This document shows positions 40,206 to 50,495 of a DNA stretch of 64,000 nucleotides, piece by piece. Each line of letters starts with the position of its first letter. Within the stretch, counting starts at the first letter, position 1. The DNA is taken from the NCBI RefSeq assembly GCF_965660375.1, contig NZ_CBFHZO010000121.1, forward strand, positions 3,250-67,249. The letters run 5' to 3'. This DNA is from Congregibacter sp. GTDB lineage: Bacteria > Pseudomonadota > Gammaproteobacteria > Pseudomonadales > Halieaceae. Below the pieces are notes generated by a model. It had not been told where the DNA came from. It did not search any database and saw only the letters and a program-made list of their open reading frames with translations. The position numbers were made by a program, and so were the translations under genes.

Positions 40206-40958
40206 GTGAACACGCAGTTAATCGATATAGAAAACCCGCAGGCTAAATCCTGTACACACGACTATCAGGTCAACTGCAACAACTGTCGCCTCAGCTCCAT
40301 CTGTCTACCCTTCTCTCTTGAGACGACGGAAATCGATGAGCTAGACCGTATTGTTCAGCGCAGTAAGCCGCTCCAGAAGGGCCAGCACCTCTACCGCGAA
40401 AGTGATGATTTTGAATCCGTGTTTGCCGTGCGCTCCGGCACTATAAAAGCCTATCGGACGACGGACGACGGCCGGGAACAGGTAACAGGTTTTTACTTCC
40501 CCGGTGAGCTTCTTGGGATGGATGGCATCAGCAACAACAGCTATGCGTCGTCAGCCAAAGCCCTGGAGACCGCGTCGGTGTGTGAAATCCCTTTCAACTC
40601 CCTGGAAAAACTCAGTGCCAGCATGCCGCAACTGCAGCGGCACTTCTTTCAGATTATGAGCCGGGAAATCACCGAGGACCAGCAACTGATTACCCTGCTG
40701 TCGAAGAGTTCAGCGGACGAGCGTGTCGCAGCGCTCATCCTCAGCGTGTCCACCCGTAATTCCCGGCGCCAGTTGAGTGCCACCCGGTTCCGCCTCAGCA
40801 TGTCGCGGGTGGATATTGGTAATTACCTGGGTCTCACCGTTGAAACGGTAAGCCGAGTGTTCAGCCGTCTTCAGAAACTCAAGGTACTCGCGGTGGAAAA
40901 TAAGGAAATTGAGATTCTTGATATCAAGGCGCTGCAAGAAGTCGCAGACGCCCGTTAG
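40206..40958 (+). CDS. anr: FNR/Anr-type oxygen-sensing transcriptional regulator (CRP/FNR family)
   Basis: N-terminal Cys cluster C-x8-C-x2-C-x5-C (SCTHDYQVNCNNCRLSSIC) plus a central Cys (ASVCEIPF). Recognition helix TVETVSRVF carries the E--SR motif that reads TTGAT half-sites. Confidence 0.9.
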   Translation: MNTQLIDIENPQAKSCTHDYQVNCNNCRLSSICLPFSLETTEIDELDRIVQRSKPLQKGQHLYRESDDFESVFAVRSGTIKAYRTTDDGREQVTGFYFPGELLGMDGISNNSYASSAKALETASVCEIPFNSLEKLSASMPQLQRHFFQIMSREITEDQQLITLLSKSSADERVAALILSVSTRNSRRQLSATRFRLSMSRVDIGNYLGLTVETVSRVFSRLQKLKVLAVENKEIEILDIKALQEVADAR

Positions 40959-41060
40959 GCCCACCAGGAGGCCGGATTAGGACCCTGACAACCAGATTCT
41001 TGCAGCGACGGTGATTCATCGTCCCTGGGTCAGATTTAATGAACGTTCTTGCATCGCTTA

Positions 41061-41074
41061 TTGATGCAGGTCAA
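41061..41074. promoter_or_regulatory. FNR/Anr box upstream of yip1-ccoNOQP
   Basis: TTGAT-GCAG-GTCAA (9 of 10 consensus positions). A -10-like TAAAAT (41096..41101) lies 31 nt from the box centre. Confidence 0.6.
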
Positions 41075-41137
41075 CAAAAGCGGCAGCGACTGCATTAAAA
41101 TGCCGCCTGTCAGATTTCTCATCGGGGGATAACGAGA

Positions 41138-41746
41138 ATGATCCAGCACACCTTTGGACTGCTATTCAAGCCACGCCAACAATGGCAGGCCATCGCAGAC
41201 TTGCCAGAGAGCTCCCAAAACCTTCTGGTGATCTATCCCTTCGTATTTGCGCTCCTGCCGGCCATTGCCTGGTATTGGGGAACGGGTCACGTAGGCTGGA
41301 CCGTAGGTAGCTACAACGAGGTCATCAAACTCACTGACGCCAGCGCCCTGCAGGTAAACGTTCTTTTCTACTGTGTGATGGTCGCCAGCGTTGCGGCCAT
41401 CGGCTACGCCATCCACTGGATGTCCAGCACCTACGGCGCCGCACACTCCACTATTGCCAAAGGCATCGTTATCGCCGGTCTTACGGCAACGCCGCTGTTT
41501 ATTCTGGGCCTTGTCGGGTTTTACCCCCTTCTCTGGGCAGACCTTCTCATCGGCGTTGTCGCCATCAGCTGGGCGGTATATCTCATGTATCTCGGCATCC
41601 CAATTGTCATGGATATTCCCCAGGAACGGGGCTTTCTTTTTTCCAGCGCCATACTGGCGATCGGACTGGTTCTGCTGGTATCCATCATGGTCGTGTCTAT
41701 TTTGGCCTGGGATTACGGGGCGGCTCCGGCCTTTACCGACGGTTAG
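41138..41746 (+). CDS. Yip1-family integral membrane protein
   Basis: N-terminus LLFKPRQQWQAIADLPE followed by five TM segments. Resembles the Yip1-domain proteins I recall next to cbb3 loci in pseudomonads. GGGGA SD upstream. Confidence 0.65.
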   Translation: MIQHTFGLLFKPRQQWQAIADLPESSQNLLVIYPFVFALLPAIAWYWGTGHVGWTVGSYNEVIKLTDASALQVNVLFYCVMVASVAAIGYAIHWMSSTYGAAHSTIAKGIVIAGLTATPLFILGLVGFYPLLWADLLIGVVAISWAVYLMYLGIPIVMDIPQERGFLFSSAILAIGLVLLVSIMVVSILAWDYGAAPAFTDG

Positions 41747-41765
41747 TAAAAAGCGCTATAAGTAA

Positions 41766-41786
41766 AGCCGCGGGCAGCATCCGCGG
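41766..41786 (+). other. GC-rich stem-loop between yip1 and ccoN (no U-tract)
   Basis: GCCGCGG-gcagcat-CCGCGGC, a 7-bp stem, followed by tcagtgag. It is not a canonical intrinsic terminator. Confidence 0.3.
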
Positions 41787-41865
41787 CTCAGTGAGACATC
41801 AAGGTTTCACTCGCAGCAACAGCAAACAGGCTCTCACGAATTAACAGGAATTACGGGTAACAACC

Positions 41866-43302
41866 ATGAGCGAACTAAACGCAGCACTGGAGCATCCTGT
41901 CTACAACTATAAGGTGGTACGGCAATTCGCGATCATGACAGTGGTCTGGGGCATCGTGGGCATGCTTGTGGGGGTGTACATCGCCGCCGAGCTGGTCTGG
42001 CCAGCCCTGAACCTCGGGCTTCCCTGGACAAGCTTCGGGCGTCTCCGACCCCTGCACACCAACGCGGTGATCTTTGCCTTTGGCGGCTGTGCTCTTTTCG
42101 CTACGTCCTATTACGTTGTGCAGCGCACCACCCAGGCTCGCCTGATCTCCGACAAACTCGCCGCGTTTACTTTCTGGGGCTGGCAGGCCGTTATTGTCCT
42201 GGCGGCAATCACCCTCCCCCTTGGCTACACCACCAGTAAAGAGTACGCAGAACTGGAATGGCCCATCGATATTCTCATTACCGTTGTTTGGGTTTCCTAT
42301 GCCATCGTGTTTTTCGGCACCCTGGTGAAACGGAAAACCAGCCATATTTATGTTGCCAACTGGTTTTTTGGCGCCTTTATTATCACCGTGGCAGTGCTGC
42401 ATCTTCTCAACAGTGCCGCTCTACCGGTCGGCATGACGCTCAAGTCCTATTCAGCCTACGCGGGTACTGTCGATGCCATGGTGCAATGGTGGTATGGCCA
42501 CAACGCCGTGGGCTTTTTCCTTACCGCCGGCTTCCTGGGCATGATGTATTACTTCGTGCCCAAGCAGGCTGAGCGTCCCGTCTACTCCTACCGCCTGTCC
42601 ATCGTGCACTTCTGGGCTCTTGTGTCCGTGTATATCTGGGCCGGACCACACCACTTGCACTACACCACACTCCCGGACTGGGCCCAGAGCCTGGGCATGG
42701 TCATGAGTCTGATCCTCCTCGCACCCTCCTGGGGAGGCATGATTAACGGCATCATGACGCTTTCGGGCGCGTGGCATAAGCTTCGCCACGACCCCATTCT
42801 GCGCTTCATGGTGGTAAGCCTGTCTTTCTATGGCATGTCAACCTTTGAAGGCCCCATGATGTCCATCAAGACAGTGAATTCCCTGTCTCACTACACGGAC
42901 TGGACCATCGGCCACGTGCATTCCGGTGCCCTGGGTTGGGTGGCAATGATCTCCATTGGCTGCCTCTACCACCTGATACCCAAACTCTACGGCAAGGAGC
43001 AGATGTACAGCACCGACCTGATCAATGTGCACTTCTGGATGTCCACCATTGGCACCGTGCTTTACATCGCTGCGCTCTGGGTAAACGGCATCATGCAGGG
43101 CCTCATGTGGCGCGCCTACAACCAGGACGGCACCCTGACCTACGCCTTTGTTGAGTCGGTGGTGGCGAGCTACCCCGGCTGGATCGTGAGGGTACTCGGA
43201 GGCGCTATCTTCCTGGGAGGCATGCTGATCATGGCCTACAACGTATTCATGACCATTCGCAAAGAATCGCCGGCAGCGGCGCCTGCTGCGGCCACGGCTT
43301 AA
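41866..43302 (+). CDS. ccoN: cytochrome c oxidase cbb3-type subunit I
   Basis: 12-TM haem-copper oxidase core ([26 protein letters not shown]). Confidence 0.95.
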   Translation: MSELNAALEHPVYNYKVVRQFAIMTVVWGIVGMLVGVYIAAELVWPALNLGLPWTSFGRLRPLHTNAVIFAFGGCALFATSYYVVQRTTQARLISDKLAAFTFWGWQAVIVLAAITLPLGYTTSKEYAELEWPIDILITVVWVSYAIVFFGTLVKRKTSHIYVANWFFGAFIITVAVLHLLNSAALPVGMTLKSYSAYAGTVDAMVQWWYGHNAVGFFLTAGFLGMMYYFVPKQAERPVYSYRLSIVHFWALVSVYIWAGPHHLHYTTLPDWAQSLGMVMSLILLAPSWGGMINGIMTLSGAWHKLRHDPILRFMVVSLSFYGMSTFEGPMMSIKTVNSLSHYTDWTIGHVHSGALGWVAMISIGCLYHLIPKLYGKEQMYSTDLINVHFWMSTIGTVLYIAALWVNGIMQGLMWRAYNQDGTLTYAFVESVVASYPGWIVRVLGGAIFLGGMLIMAYNVFMTIRKESPAAAPAAATA

Positions 43303-43313
43303 GGAGCGAACCC

Positions 43314-43925
43314 ATGTCATCTCACGAGAAAATCGAAAAAAGCGTTCCCTTACTGATTATCCTGGTCATCGTAGCGATCAGCTTCGGTACCCTGGTTGAG
43401 CTCGTGCCCATGATCTTTTCCAAAAAGATGGCGGAACCTATCGCCGGGCTGGAACCGTACTCCGCCCTCGAGCTCGAGGGTCGCGATATCTACATCCGCG
43501 AGGGCTGCAATACCTGTCATTCCCAGATGATCCGTCCCCTCCGTGCGGAGACAGAGCGCTACGGGCACTACTCCGTAGCAGGAGAATCGGTCTACGATCA
43601 TCCGTTCCTGTTTGGCTCCAAACGCACGGGCCCGGACCTGGCACGGGTTGGTAAGCGCTACTCCGACGCCTGGCACCGGGCACACCTTTACAACCCCCGG
43701 GACGTGGTGCCCGAATCCAACATGCCGGCTTTTCCCTGGCTGTTCAAAAACGACATTAACGCAGAAGACACGCCGGCAAAAATGAGCACGCTCAAGATGC
43801 TTGGGGTCCCTTACAGTGAAGAAGATATCGCCGCCGCTGCCAGTGCAGTAGCCGGCAAAAAAGAAATCGACGCTTTGGTGGCCTATTTGCAACAACTGGG
43901 CACGCTGATCCAAACGCGGCGCTAA
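43314..43925 (+). CDS. ccoO: cytochrome c oxidase cbb3-type subunit II (monohaem)
   Basis: N-terminal TM anchor, haem site CNTCHSQ, and the [16 protein letters not shown] block. Confidence 0.95.
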   Translation: MSSHEKIEKSVPLLIILVIVAISFGTLVELVPMIFSKKMAEPIAGLEPYSALELEGRDIYIREGCNTCHSQMIRPLRAETERYGHYSVAGESVYDHPFLFGSKRTGPDLARVGKRYSDAWHRAHLYNPRDVVPESNMPAFPWLFKNDINAEDTPAKMSTLKMLGVPYSEEDIAAAASAVAGKKEIDALVAYLQQLGTLIQTRR

Positions 43926-43929
43926 GCAG

Positions 43930-44106
43930 ATGGATATTAATGACTTAAGGGGCATCAGTACGGCATTTTTGCTGATCGCCTTTATCGGACTTGTGATCTG
44001 GGCCTACAGCAGTAAGCCCAAAAAGGATTTTGAAGAGGCCGCCAACCTCCCTTTTGAAGATGACGATCTTGGGCAAACCGGCAGACAAAAAGGAAACCAA
44101 CAATGA
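43930..44106 (+). CDS. ccoQ: cbb3-type cytochrome oxidase subunit CcoQ (58 aa; absent from the ORF track)
   Basis: Hand translation: MDINDLRGISTAFLLIAFIGLVIWAYSSKPKKDFEEAANLPFEDDDLGQTGRQKGNQQ*. One TM helix and the WAYS..K..F.EAANLPF pattern typical of CcoQ/FixQ. Its stop overlaps the ccoP start (ATGA). Confidence 0.8.
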   Translation: MDINDLRGISTAFLLIAFIGLVIWAYSSKPKKDFEEAANLPFEDDDLGQTGRQKGNQQ

Positions 44107-44978
44107 CTAGTTTTTGGAGTGGCTGGGTAATCGTACTCACAAGCGTCACCCTCATCCTGGTGACCTGGCTGTTGTTTGCCAATCGCAAACGAAACGCGAT
44201 AGACGAGAAGACTACCGGGCATGTCTACGATGGCATTGAAGAATGGGACAACCCCCTTCCCGGCTGGTGGTTCGCCATGTTCGTTATCACCATCGTCTGG
44301 GGTATCGGATACCTCGTGGCCTACCCCGGAATGGGCAACTTCCCCGGTGTTCTGGGGTGGAGTTCCGTTACTCAGCATGAACAGGAAGTTGCGGTCGCTG
44401 ATGAAAAATTCCGGGCGATGCGAGACAAGTATCTTGCCATGTCCATTGAAGACATCTATCAGGACCCGAAGGTGCGCAAGATGGGCATGCGTATCTATGG
44501 CAACAACTGTTCCCAATGTCATGGTCTGGACGCGGCGGGTGCACTCGGCTTCCCGAACCTCACAGATGATGATTGGCTGTATGGTGGATCCCCGGAGGCG
44601 ATCAAGCACACTCTGGTAAATGGCCGTCAGGCTGCGATGCCTCCCTGGGAAAGCATATTAGGTGAGCAAGGTATCGTAGAGACTACGGCCTACGTCCTCT
44701 CTCTGAACAGCCGTGACGCGGATGAGACGCTGGTGGCCGCGGGAGAACAGCATTATCAGACCTACTGCATTGCCTGCCACGGTCCTGAGGCCAAGGGCAA
44801 CATCGCAATGGGAGCGCCTAACCTGACCAATGGCATATGGCTTTACGGCGGCAACGAAGAGCAGATAGCCCACAGCCTGCGCATCGGACGCAACGGCCAG
44901 ATGCCGGCGTTTGGTAATACCCTCAGCGAGGACAAAATCCATCTTGTTACTGCCTACATCTACGGACTGAACAAGTAA
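44103..44978 (+). CDS. ccoP: cytochrome c oxidase cbb3-type subunit III (dihaem)
   Basis: N-terminal TM helix and two CxxCH sites (CSQCHG, CIACHG). Confidence 0.95.
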   Translation: MTSFWSGWVIVLTSVTLILVTWLLFANRKRNAIDEKTTGHVYDGIEEWDNPLPGWWFAMFVITIVWGIGYLVAYPGMGNFPGVLGWSSVTQHEQEVAVADEKFRAMRDKYLAMSIEDIYQDPKVRKMGMRIYGNNCSQCHGLDAAGALGFPNLTDDDWLYGGSPEAIKHTLVNGRQAAMPPWESILGEQGIVETTAYVLSLNSRDADETLVAAGEQHYQTYCIACHGPEAKGNIAMGAPNLTNGIWLYGGNEEQIAHSLRIGRNGQMPAFGNTLSEDKIHLVTAYIYGLNK

Positions 44979-45106
44979 CGAGACCCTGCGAAATAGATAC
45001 CGCATAAAAATAATTACCGAAGGCAACCGCCCTGGCGATCGGATTCAGAACGCCAGGGACTAACGCCACGGGAGTGGCCACTGTGCATCAGTAGTGGTGA
45101 AAAAGT

Positions 45107-46516
45107 ATGTCTGACCCTGATCTCATTAACGTGCAGGAGATCGCACCCTCGGAGGTCGCTGAGCTCGACCTCTACCAAAAGCGCGAGAAGATTTACACGC
45201 GTAAAATCGAAGGTTTCTATCAGCGGCTCCGGATGTTTACCGGCTGGCCTATGCTTCTGGGCTACTACTGCATCCCATGGATCAGTATCAACGGCCGCCA
45301 GGCCGTGTGGTTTGACCTACCCGAGCGCGAGTTTCATATCTTTGGGCTGACTTTCTGGCCCCAGGATTTTTCTCTCCTTGCCTTTCTGTTGATCATTTCA
45401 GCCTTTTCTCTTTTTGCCATCACTGTGTCTGCGGGGAGGGTCTGGTGCGGCTACAGCTGCCCTCAAACCGTATGGACAAGCATGTTCATGTGGGTGGAGC
45501 AAAAAGTCGAAGGCACACGGAATCAGCGTATCAAGCTCGACAAACAGCCCTGGTCCCTCAAAAAAACCCTGAAAAAAGTAACGAAACACGGTGGGTGGCT
45601 TTTCATAGCCTTTCTCACCGGCATGACCTTTGTTGGGTATTTTCATCCGGTTAGAGAACTCACTTACGAATTAGCCACTTTCTCTACGGGCAGCTGGCAA
45701 TTACTCTGGACTGTGTTTTTTACCCTCGCCACCTATATAAATGCAGGGTGGATGCGCGAGCAAGTCTGCAAGTACATGTGCCCCTATGCGCGCTTTCAAT
45801 CAGTCATGTTTGATGCGGACACGCTAATTGTTTCTTACGATGCAAAGCGTGGCGATCCAAGAGGTTCACGTAAAAAATCCCTTGATCACCATGAGGCAGG
45901 CCTTGGCGACTGCATTGATTGTGATCTTTGCGTTCAGGTCTGCCCCACGGGAATCGATATACGCGACGGCTTGCAGTACGAATGTATCGGCTGCGCATTG
46001 TGCATCGATGCCTGCGACTCGGTGATGCGCAAGATGGGCTACGAGCCCGGACTGGTCCGCTACACCAGCGAGCGCGAGCTTGAGGGAGGCAAAACCCATT
46101 GGCTCCGTCCACGCATTATCGGCTACACGGTTATGCTCACCCTCATGGTGGGTGTTTTCAGCTATAACATTGCGTCGCGCATTCCGCTGGAACTGACGGT
46201 GATAAGGGATCGAAACAACCTTTACGTGGAGACAGCGAACGGTGGCGTCGAGAACATCTATCGGTTGCACATCGTGAACATGGACGGCTCACCCCATGAG
46301 TATCTCCTCAGTCTGGACGGTCTCGAGGGGGCTACAATTAAAGGCAGTACGCGCTATTCCCTGGATGCCAGCGAGGATCGAGAGGTGACCTTGCGGGTGG
46401 CAGCCAAATCGGCCGACCTAAGCGCCCCCAGTACAAGCTTTACCTTTGAAGTTGTTGCCGAGGATATGCCCTCCCTGCGGGCGAGCACTGAATCGCGATT
46501 CATGAAACCGCTATAG
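45107..46516 (+). CDS. ccoG: cytochrome c oxidase accessory protein CcoG (4Fe-4S ferredoxin-type)
   Basis: CGYSCPQ, CKYMCPYARFQ, CIDCDLCVQVCPTGIDIR, CIGCALCIDAC clusters. Confidence 0.9.
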   Translation: MSDPDLINVQEIAPSEVAELDLYQKREKIYTRKIEGFYQRLRMFTGWPMLLGYYCIPWISINGRQAVWFDLPEREFHIFGLTFWPQDFSLLAFLLIISAFSLFAITVSAGRVWCGYSCPQTVWTSMFMWVEQKVEGTRNQRIKLDKQPWSLKKTLKKVTKHGGWLFIAFLTGMTFVGYFHPVRELTYELATFSTGSWQLLWTVFFTLATYINAGWMREQVCKYMCPYARFQSVMFDADTLIVSYDAKRGDPRGSRKKSLDHHEAGLGDCIDCDLCVQVCPTGIDIRDGLQYECIGCALCIDACDSVMRKMGYEPGLVRYTSERELEGGKTHWLRPRIIGYTVMLTLMVGVFSYNIASRIPLELTVIRDRNNLYVETANGGVENIYRLHIVNMDGSPHEYLLSLDGLEGATIKGSTRYSLDASEDREVTLRVAAKSADLSAPSTSFTFEVVAEDMPSLRASTESRFMKPL

Positions 46517-46561
46517 TGGCAAACTTATCTCATCACCCCTGCAGCAACGGGACTTACAGAC

Positions 46562-47077
46562 ATGACTAAGGGCAATAAACATACGCCCCGGCGTGAAGAT
46601 ACGGAACCCTGGTACCGCCAGTTCTGGCCCTGGTTTCTAATCGCACTGCCGGGATCCGTGGTGATTGCAGGGCTAAGCACGCTCTACATCGCCAATCGCT
46701 ACTCGGACGATCTTGTAGTGGACGAGTATTACAAAGACGGTCTGGCTATTAACAAAGAGCTGGGTAAGCAGGCCGCTGCCGAGGAGCTTGGTATCGCCGC
46801 AGAGATCAAGGTGCTCGGCCGTCGGGCGCAGGTGCGTCTGGTCGGTGCCATAGCACCCGGGGATCTCAATTTGCGCTTCTCCCATCCACTGGAGGCAGAC
46901 CGCGACTTTAAGGTCGCCCTGGCTGCGGTCGCTCCCGGTCTATACCAGAGCGACATCCCCGCTGATCTTTCGCCGAACTGGCATTGGATACTGGAGGCCC
47001 CGGACAACGCCTGGCGCGTCGACGGGTCCCTCAGTGCCACAGACTTCATAGCCGTTACTGGCAACAGCTTGCCCTGA
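46562..47077 (+). CDS. ccoH: FixH/CcoH family protein
   Basis: WYRQFWPWFLIALPGSVVIAGL TM anchor and position between ccoG and ccoI. Confidence 0.8.
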   Translation: MTKGNKHTPRREDTEPWYRQFWPWFLIALPGSVVIAGLSTLYIANRYSDDLVVDEYYKDGLAINKELGKQAAAEELGIAAEIKVLGRRAQVRLVGAIAPGDLNLRFSHPLEADRDFKVALAAVAPGLYQSDIPADLSPNWHWILEAPDNAWRVDGSLSATDFIAVTGNSLP

Positions 47078-47118
47078 GCGATGTCTCAGCTTTTACTGAA
47101 AACAGGGGCCGAGCGATC

Positions 47119-49566
47119 TTGAATAGCGCCCAGCCCCTCGAGGCAGCCAGCACCGTGACCTGCTTTCACTGCGGCGAGGACGTGCCCCTGGGTGCTGACT
47201 TTCGCATCGATATCGCCGGGGAGGCCCGCAACATGTGTTGCCCGGGCTGCCGTGCGGTGGCGAGCATGATCGCCGAAAGCGGACTGGAGCAGTTTTATGA
47301 TCAGCGCACAGCGTTCAATGACCGCCCCTCTCCAGACCTGGCTTCCCGAAGGCCCGAATTCGATATCTATGATGACCCTGCCCTCGCTGCACAGTTCTCC
47401 AGCAGGGACGCATCAGGAATCAGCAATGCGAGGTTGCTTATTGGCGGCGTAAGCTGCGCGGCCTGTACCTGGCTTATTGAAACGACCCTCCTGCGGCTCC
47501 CCGGTGTGCAGCGGGCAACGTTGAATCTCGGGCAGAACCGTCTGGACGTCGCCTTCGACACAGCCCAGCTGTCCATGAGCGAGCTGTTTAGCCGGGTTGC
47601 GAGTCTCGGCTATCGGGTGCAACCTTGGCAAAGCAGTCTCCGGCAGGACCAGGCCAGAGAGGAATACCGTACCGATCTCCGGCGGCTGGCTGTGGCCGGT
47701 ATCGGCATGATGCAAGTGGGTATGTTCGCCGTTGCACTCCACGCGGGCGACATTCAGGGCATCAGTGCGGACTATCAGCAACTCATGCGCTTGTTCAGCC
47801 TGCTCGTAACGAGCTTCGTGGTGGCCTACTCCGCCAGGGGATTCTTCGAGAGTGCCTGGCGTCATCTGCAATTCGGGGCGTTGGTCATGGACCTGCCGGT
47901 AGCTCTTGCCATCGGCCTGGCTTACTGCGCCAGCGCCTTTGCCACCTTAAGTGGCTCGGGAGATGTGTATTTTGATTCCGTTGTGATGTTCACGTTTCTG
48001 CTGCTCCTTGCAAGGTTTCTGGAAAAACGTCTCCGCTACCGGGATGCCATGGACTGGCAGGACGCGGAGCAGACGCTCCCCGATGCAGTGCAAATCTGGA
48101 AAAATGAGCAGTGGATGACCGTCCCCCGGCGCACGCTGTCAGCGGGAGCGCGCGTATTGGTCCGCGCCGGCGACACCCTACCCATTGATGGCATCGTTGA
48201 GCGGGGAGCCGGCAGCGTACGCGAAGACAGTTTCAGCGGCGAAGCCCTGCCCCGCCCCATAGGCGTTGGCGACAGAATTTATGCAGGCACCGTGAATCTT
48301 GAGGAATCGCTGGAGCTTAAGGCTACGGGTAGCTATGCAGATACCCGCCTGGCCGCTCTGCAACGTTCCATTGATCAGGCGCAACAGGGCAAACCCGCAA
48401 TCGCCACGCTTGCTGATCGCATTGCTTCACAGTTCATCGCTGCGGTTTTGATCATCGCATCCCTTACCGCATTAGCCTGGTGGGCAATTGATCCGGATAG
48501 AGCATTGTGGATCGCCCTCTCAGTACTGGTGATCAGCTGCCCCTGCGCACTGTCCCTGGCGACCCCGGCGAGCCTCGCCAATGCCACCCGCTTCCTCCGC
48601 CGCAGAGCTGTGATTGTTAACGGCGAAAATGCCCTGGAATCTCTGGCGAAGCTCGATGTTGCTCTGTTTGATAAGACCGGCACTCTCACGAACGGTGCTT
48701 TTGCACTGACGAGAGTGAACTCCCTGAGCGAGCAGTGGGATGAAAACACCATCAGGTCCATAGCTGCTGCCATGCAGCGCCACTCCAATCACCCCCTGGC
48801 AAGCGCATTTAGCGCCATGGATACCCAGAGTAATGTGCAGGCGGTGAGCTACCGGGCCGGAAAGGGGCTGGAGGGCAGCTATGAGGGACGACCGCTACGC
48901 CTGGGTTCCTTGCGATTCTGCCGGGAGATTGCGCCGGAGCTTCCCGCCGAACCCGAGGAAGCGCTGTACTGGGTCGCGCTGTGCGAAAAAGATCAGCCCA
49001 TAGCCTGGCTGGGGCTGACCGATGACATTCATGAGGAAGCATATTCCGTGCTCCAGAATCTGAGGAGCGCAGGCGTCGCCACCGAGCTACTGACCGGCGA
49101 TGCCTCTCAGCGCGCGACACAGCTGGGTGCTACCCTGGAGTTTGAGCGGATAGCCACCGGTTTATCGCCCGAGGACAAACTTGCGCGACTGACCACACTG
49201 CAGGACACGGGGGCCACCGTGCTTATGGTGGGTGATGGTCTTAACGATGCGCCGGTTCTGAAACGTGCGGACGTGTCCATCGCCGTTGCCGGCGCCACCG
49301 ACCTTGCGAAAGCTCAGGCTGACTTTGTCATCATGAGTGGTGATCTCACGCAAATAACCCAACTTGTGCAAGCCGCGCGGCGCACACGGCGGATCATTAT
49401 TCAGAATTTCTGTTGGGCACTGGGTTACAACGCCATGGGCATTCCCCTGGCAGCCATGGGCTGGGTGCCTCCCTGGGCTGCGGCCGTGGGTATGTCCTTA
49501 AGCTCCCTGCTGGTCGTGGGCAACGCCACCAGGCTGCGTCGCGCATCGGCCCAGAGAGACGTCTAG
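47119..49566 (+). CDS. ccoI: copper-translocating P1B-type ATPase for cbb3 oxidase maturation (CcoI/FixI)
   Basis: CPC motif (VISCPCALSLATP), DKTGTLT phosphorylation site, GDGLNDAP, and N-terminal Cys-rich metal-binding regions. Start placed at in-frame TTG 47119 to avoid overlapping ccoH. The start is uncertain. Confidence 0.9.
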   Translation: MNSAQPLEAASTVTCFHCGEDVPLGADFRIDIAGEARNMCCPGCRAVASMIAESGLEQFYDQRTAFNDRPSPDLASRRPEFDIYDDPALAAQFSSRDASGISNARLLIGGVSCAACTWLIETTLLRLPGVQRATLNLGQNRLDVAFDTAQLSMSELFSRVASLGYRVQPWQSSLRQDQAREEYRTDLRRLAVAGIGMMQVGMFAVALHAGDIQGISADYQQLMRLFSLLVTSFVVAYSARGFFESAWRHLQFGALVMDLPVALAIGLAYCASAFATLSGSGDVYFDSVVMFTFLLLLARFLEKRLRYRDAMDWQDAEQTLPDAVQIWKNEQWMTVPRRTLSAGARVLVRAGDTLPIDGIVERGAGSVREDSFSGEALPRPIGVGDRIYAGTVNLEESLELKATGSYADTRLAALQRSIDQAQQGKPAIATLADRIASQFIAAVLIIASLTALAWWAIDPDRALWIALSVLVISCPCALSLATPASLANATRFLRRRAVIVNGENALESLAKLDVALFDKTGTLTNGAFALTRVNSLSEQWDENTIRSIAAAMQRHSNHPLASAFSAMDTQSNVQAVSYRAGKGLEGSYEGRPLRLGSLRFCREIAPELPAEPEEALYWVALCEKDQPIAWLGLTDDIHEEAYSVLQNLRSAGVATELLTGDASQRATQLGATLEFERIATGLSPEDKLARLTTLQDTGATVLMVGDGLNDAPVLKRADVSIAVAGATDLAKAQADFVIMSGDLTQITQLVQAARRTRRIIIQNFCWALGYNAMGIPLAAMGWVPPWAAAVGMSLSSLLVVGNATRLRRASAQRDV

Positions 49567-49567
49567 T

Positions 49568-49762
49568 ATGGAAAGCCTGTACCTACTCATTCCCGTCGCA
49601 ATTGTCTTTGCCATCCTTGTCGTTCGCCTTCTGCTCTGGGCGATCGACAGTGGCCAGTACGATGACCTGGACAAGGAAGGCTGGCGAATTCTCGCTGATG
49701 AAGACAGCGAAGGCGGCGCGCCGGGCAGCAACGACCACGGCGGCGACAAAAACAATGATTAG
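49568..49762 (+). CDS. ccoS: cbb3-type cytochrome oxidase assembly protein CcoS/FixS
   Basis: MESLYLLIPVAIVFAILVV...WAIDSGQYDDLD matches the CcoS family pattern. Starts 2 nt after the ccoI stop. Confidence 0.85.
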   Translation: MESLYLLIPVAIVFAILVVRLLLWAIDSGQYDDLDKEGWRILADEDSEGGAPGSNDHGGDKNND

Positions 49763-50495
49763 CAACGATATGCTGGCCGCCCTGGGTATCGGTCTTGCGG
49801 GAGCAGGACACTGTCTTGGTATGTGCGGCGGTATCGCCGCCGCCATCAACCTCGGGGGCAAGGGCGGTCCTGCCACGACCTTTGCCTATCACGCAGGGCG
49901 TCTGAGCAGTTACGCCCTTCTCGGAGCCCTCCTTGGCGCCATCGCCGGGAGCATTAACCTGGCCCAGTGGACCATGGTGCTCCGCTATCTGGCAGCCCTG
50001 TTGCTCATCGGCATGGGACTGTCCATTGCCGACTGGTGGCGCGGTATGTCCAAACTCGAGAGCGTGGGTGCGAAACTCTGGAGACCCGTGCAAAAACTGT
50101 CGTCACAGCTGCTCCCCGTGCGGCACTGGTCTCAGGGCTATCTGCTGGGTTTGTGCTGGGGTCTGATGCCCTGCGGCCTGATTTACAGCGCCCTGGCCTG
50201 GTCTGCGACAGCACAGGATATGGCACGCTCCGGGCTCCTGATGCTGGCCTTCGGTGTAGGAACGCTTCCCGCGATGCTCACCACCAGTTTTGGGGCGGCG
50301 AGAATTCAGGCCCTCCTTCGACGTCGAGGCCTCAAGCTCATTATCGCGGTATTTCTGATTGTGTCGGGCCTGTGGTCACTAATGATGACTTTTAACCATG
50401 GGAGCCACCTGAACCGTCCCATTGCCGCCGATCCGCAGGAGCAGCAAGACGGCGTCCCCGCACACCGGCCGCCCATGGATCATTCACAGCACTAG
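49755..50495 (+). CDS. TauE/SafE- or DsbD_2-like membrane protein associated with the cco cluster
   Basis: GHCLGMCGG motif and six TM segments. I start at ATG 49755, which overlaps the ccoS stop by 8 nt; the 360-aa track ORF is an upstream extension through ccoI/ccoS. Confidence 0.7.
   Translation: MISNDMLAALGIGLAGAGHCLGMCGGIAAAINLGGKGGPATTFAYHAGRLSSYALLGALLGAIAGSINLAQWTMVLRYLAALLLIGMGLSIADWWRGMSKLESVGAKLWRPVQKLSSQLLPVRHWSQGYLLGLCWGLMPCGLIYSALAWSATAQDMARSGLLMLAFGVGTLPAMLTTSFGAARIQALLRRRGLKLIIAVFLIVSGLWSLMMTFNHGSHLNRPIAADPQEQQDGVPAHRPPMDHSQH

Noticed and set aside
44004-44609. 201-aa minus-strand ORF across ccoQ/ccoP
   Set aside because: It lies antisense to the dihaem ccoP and to ccoQ. It has no signals. 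This is a shadow ORF.
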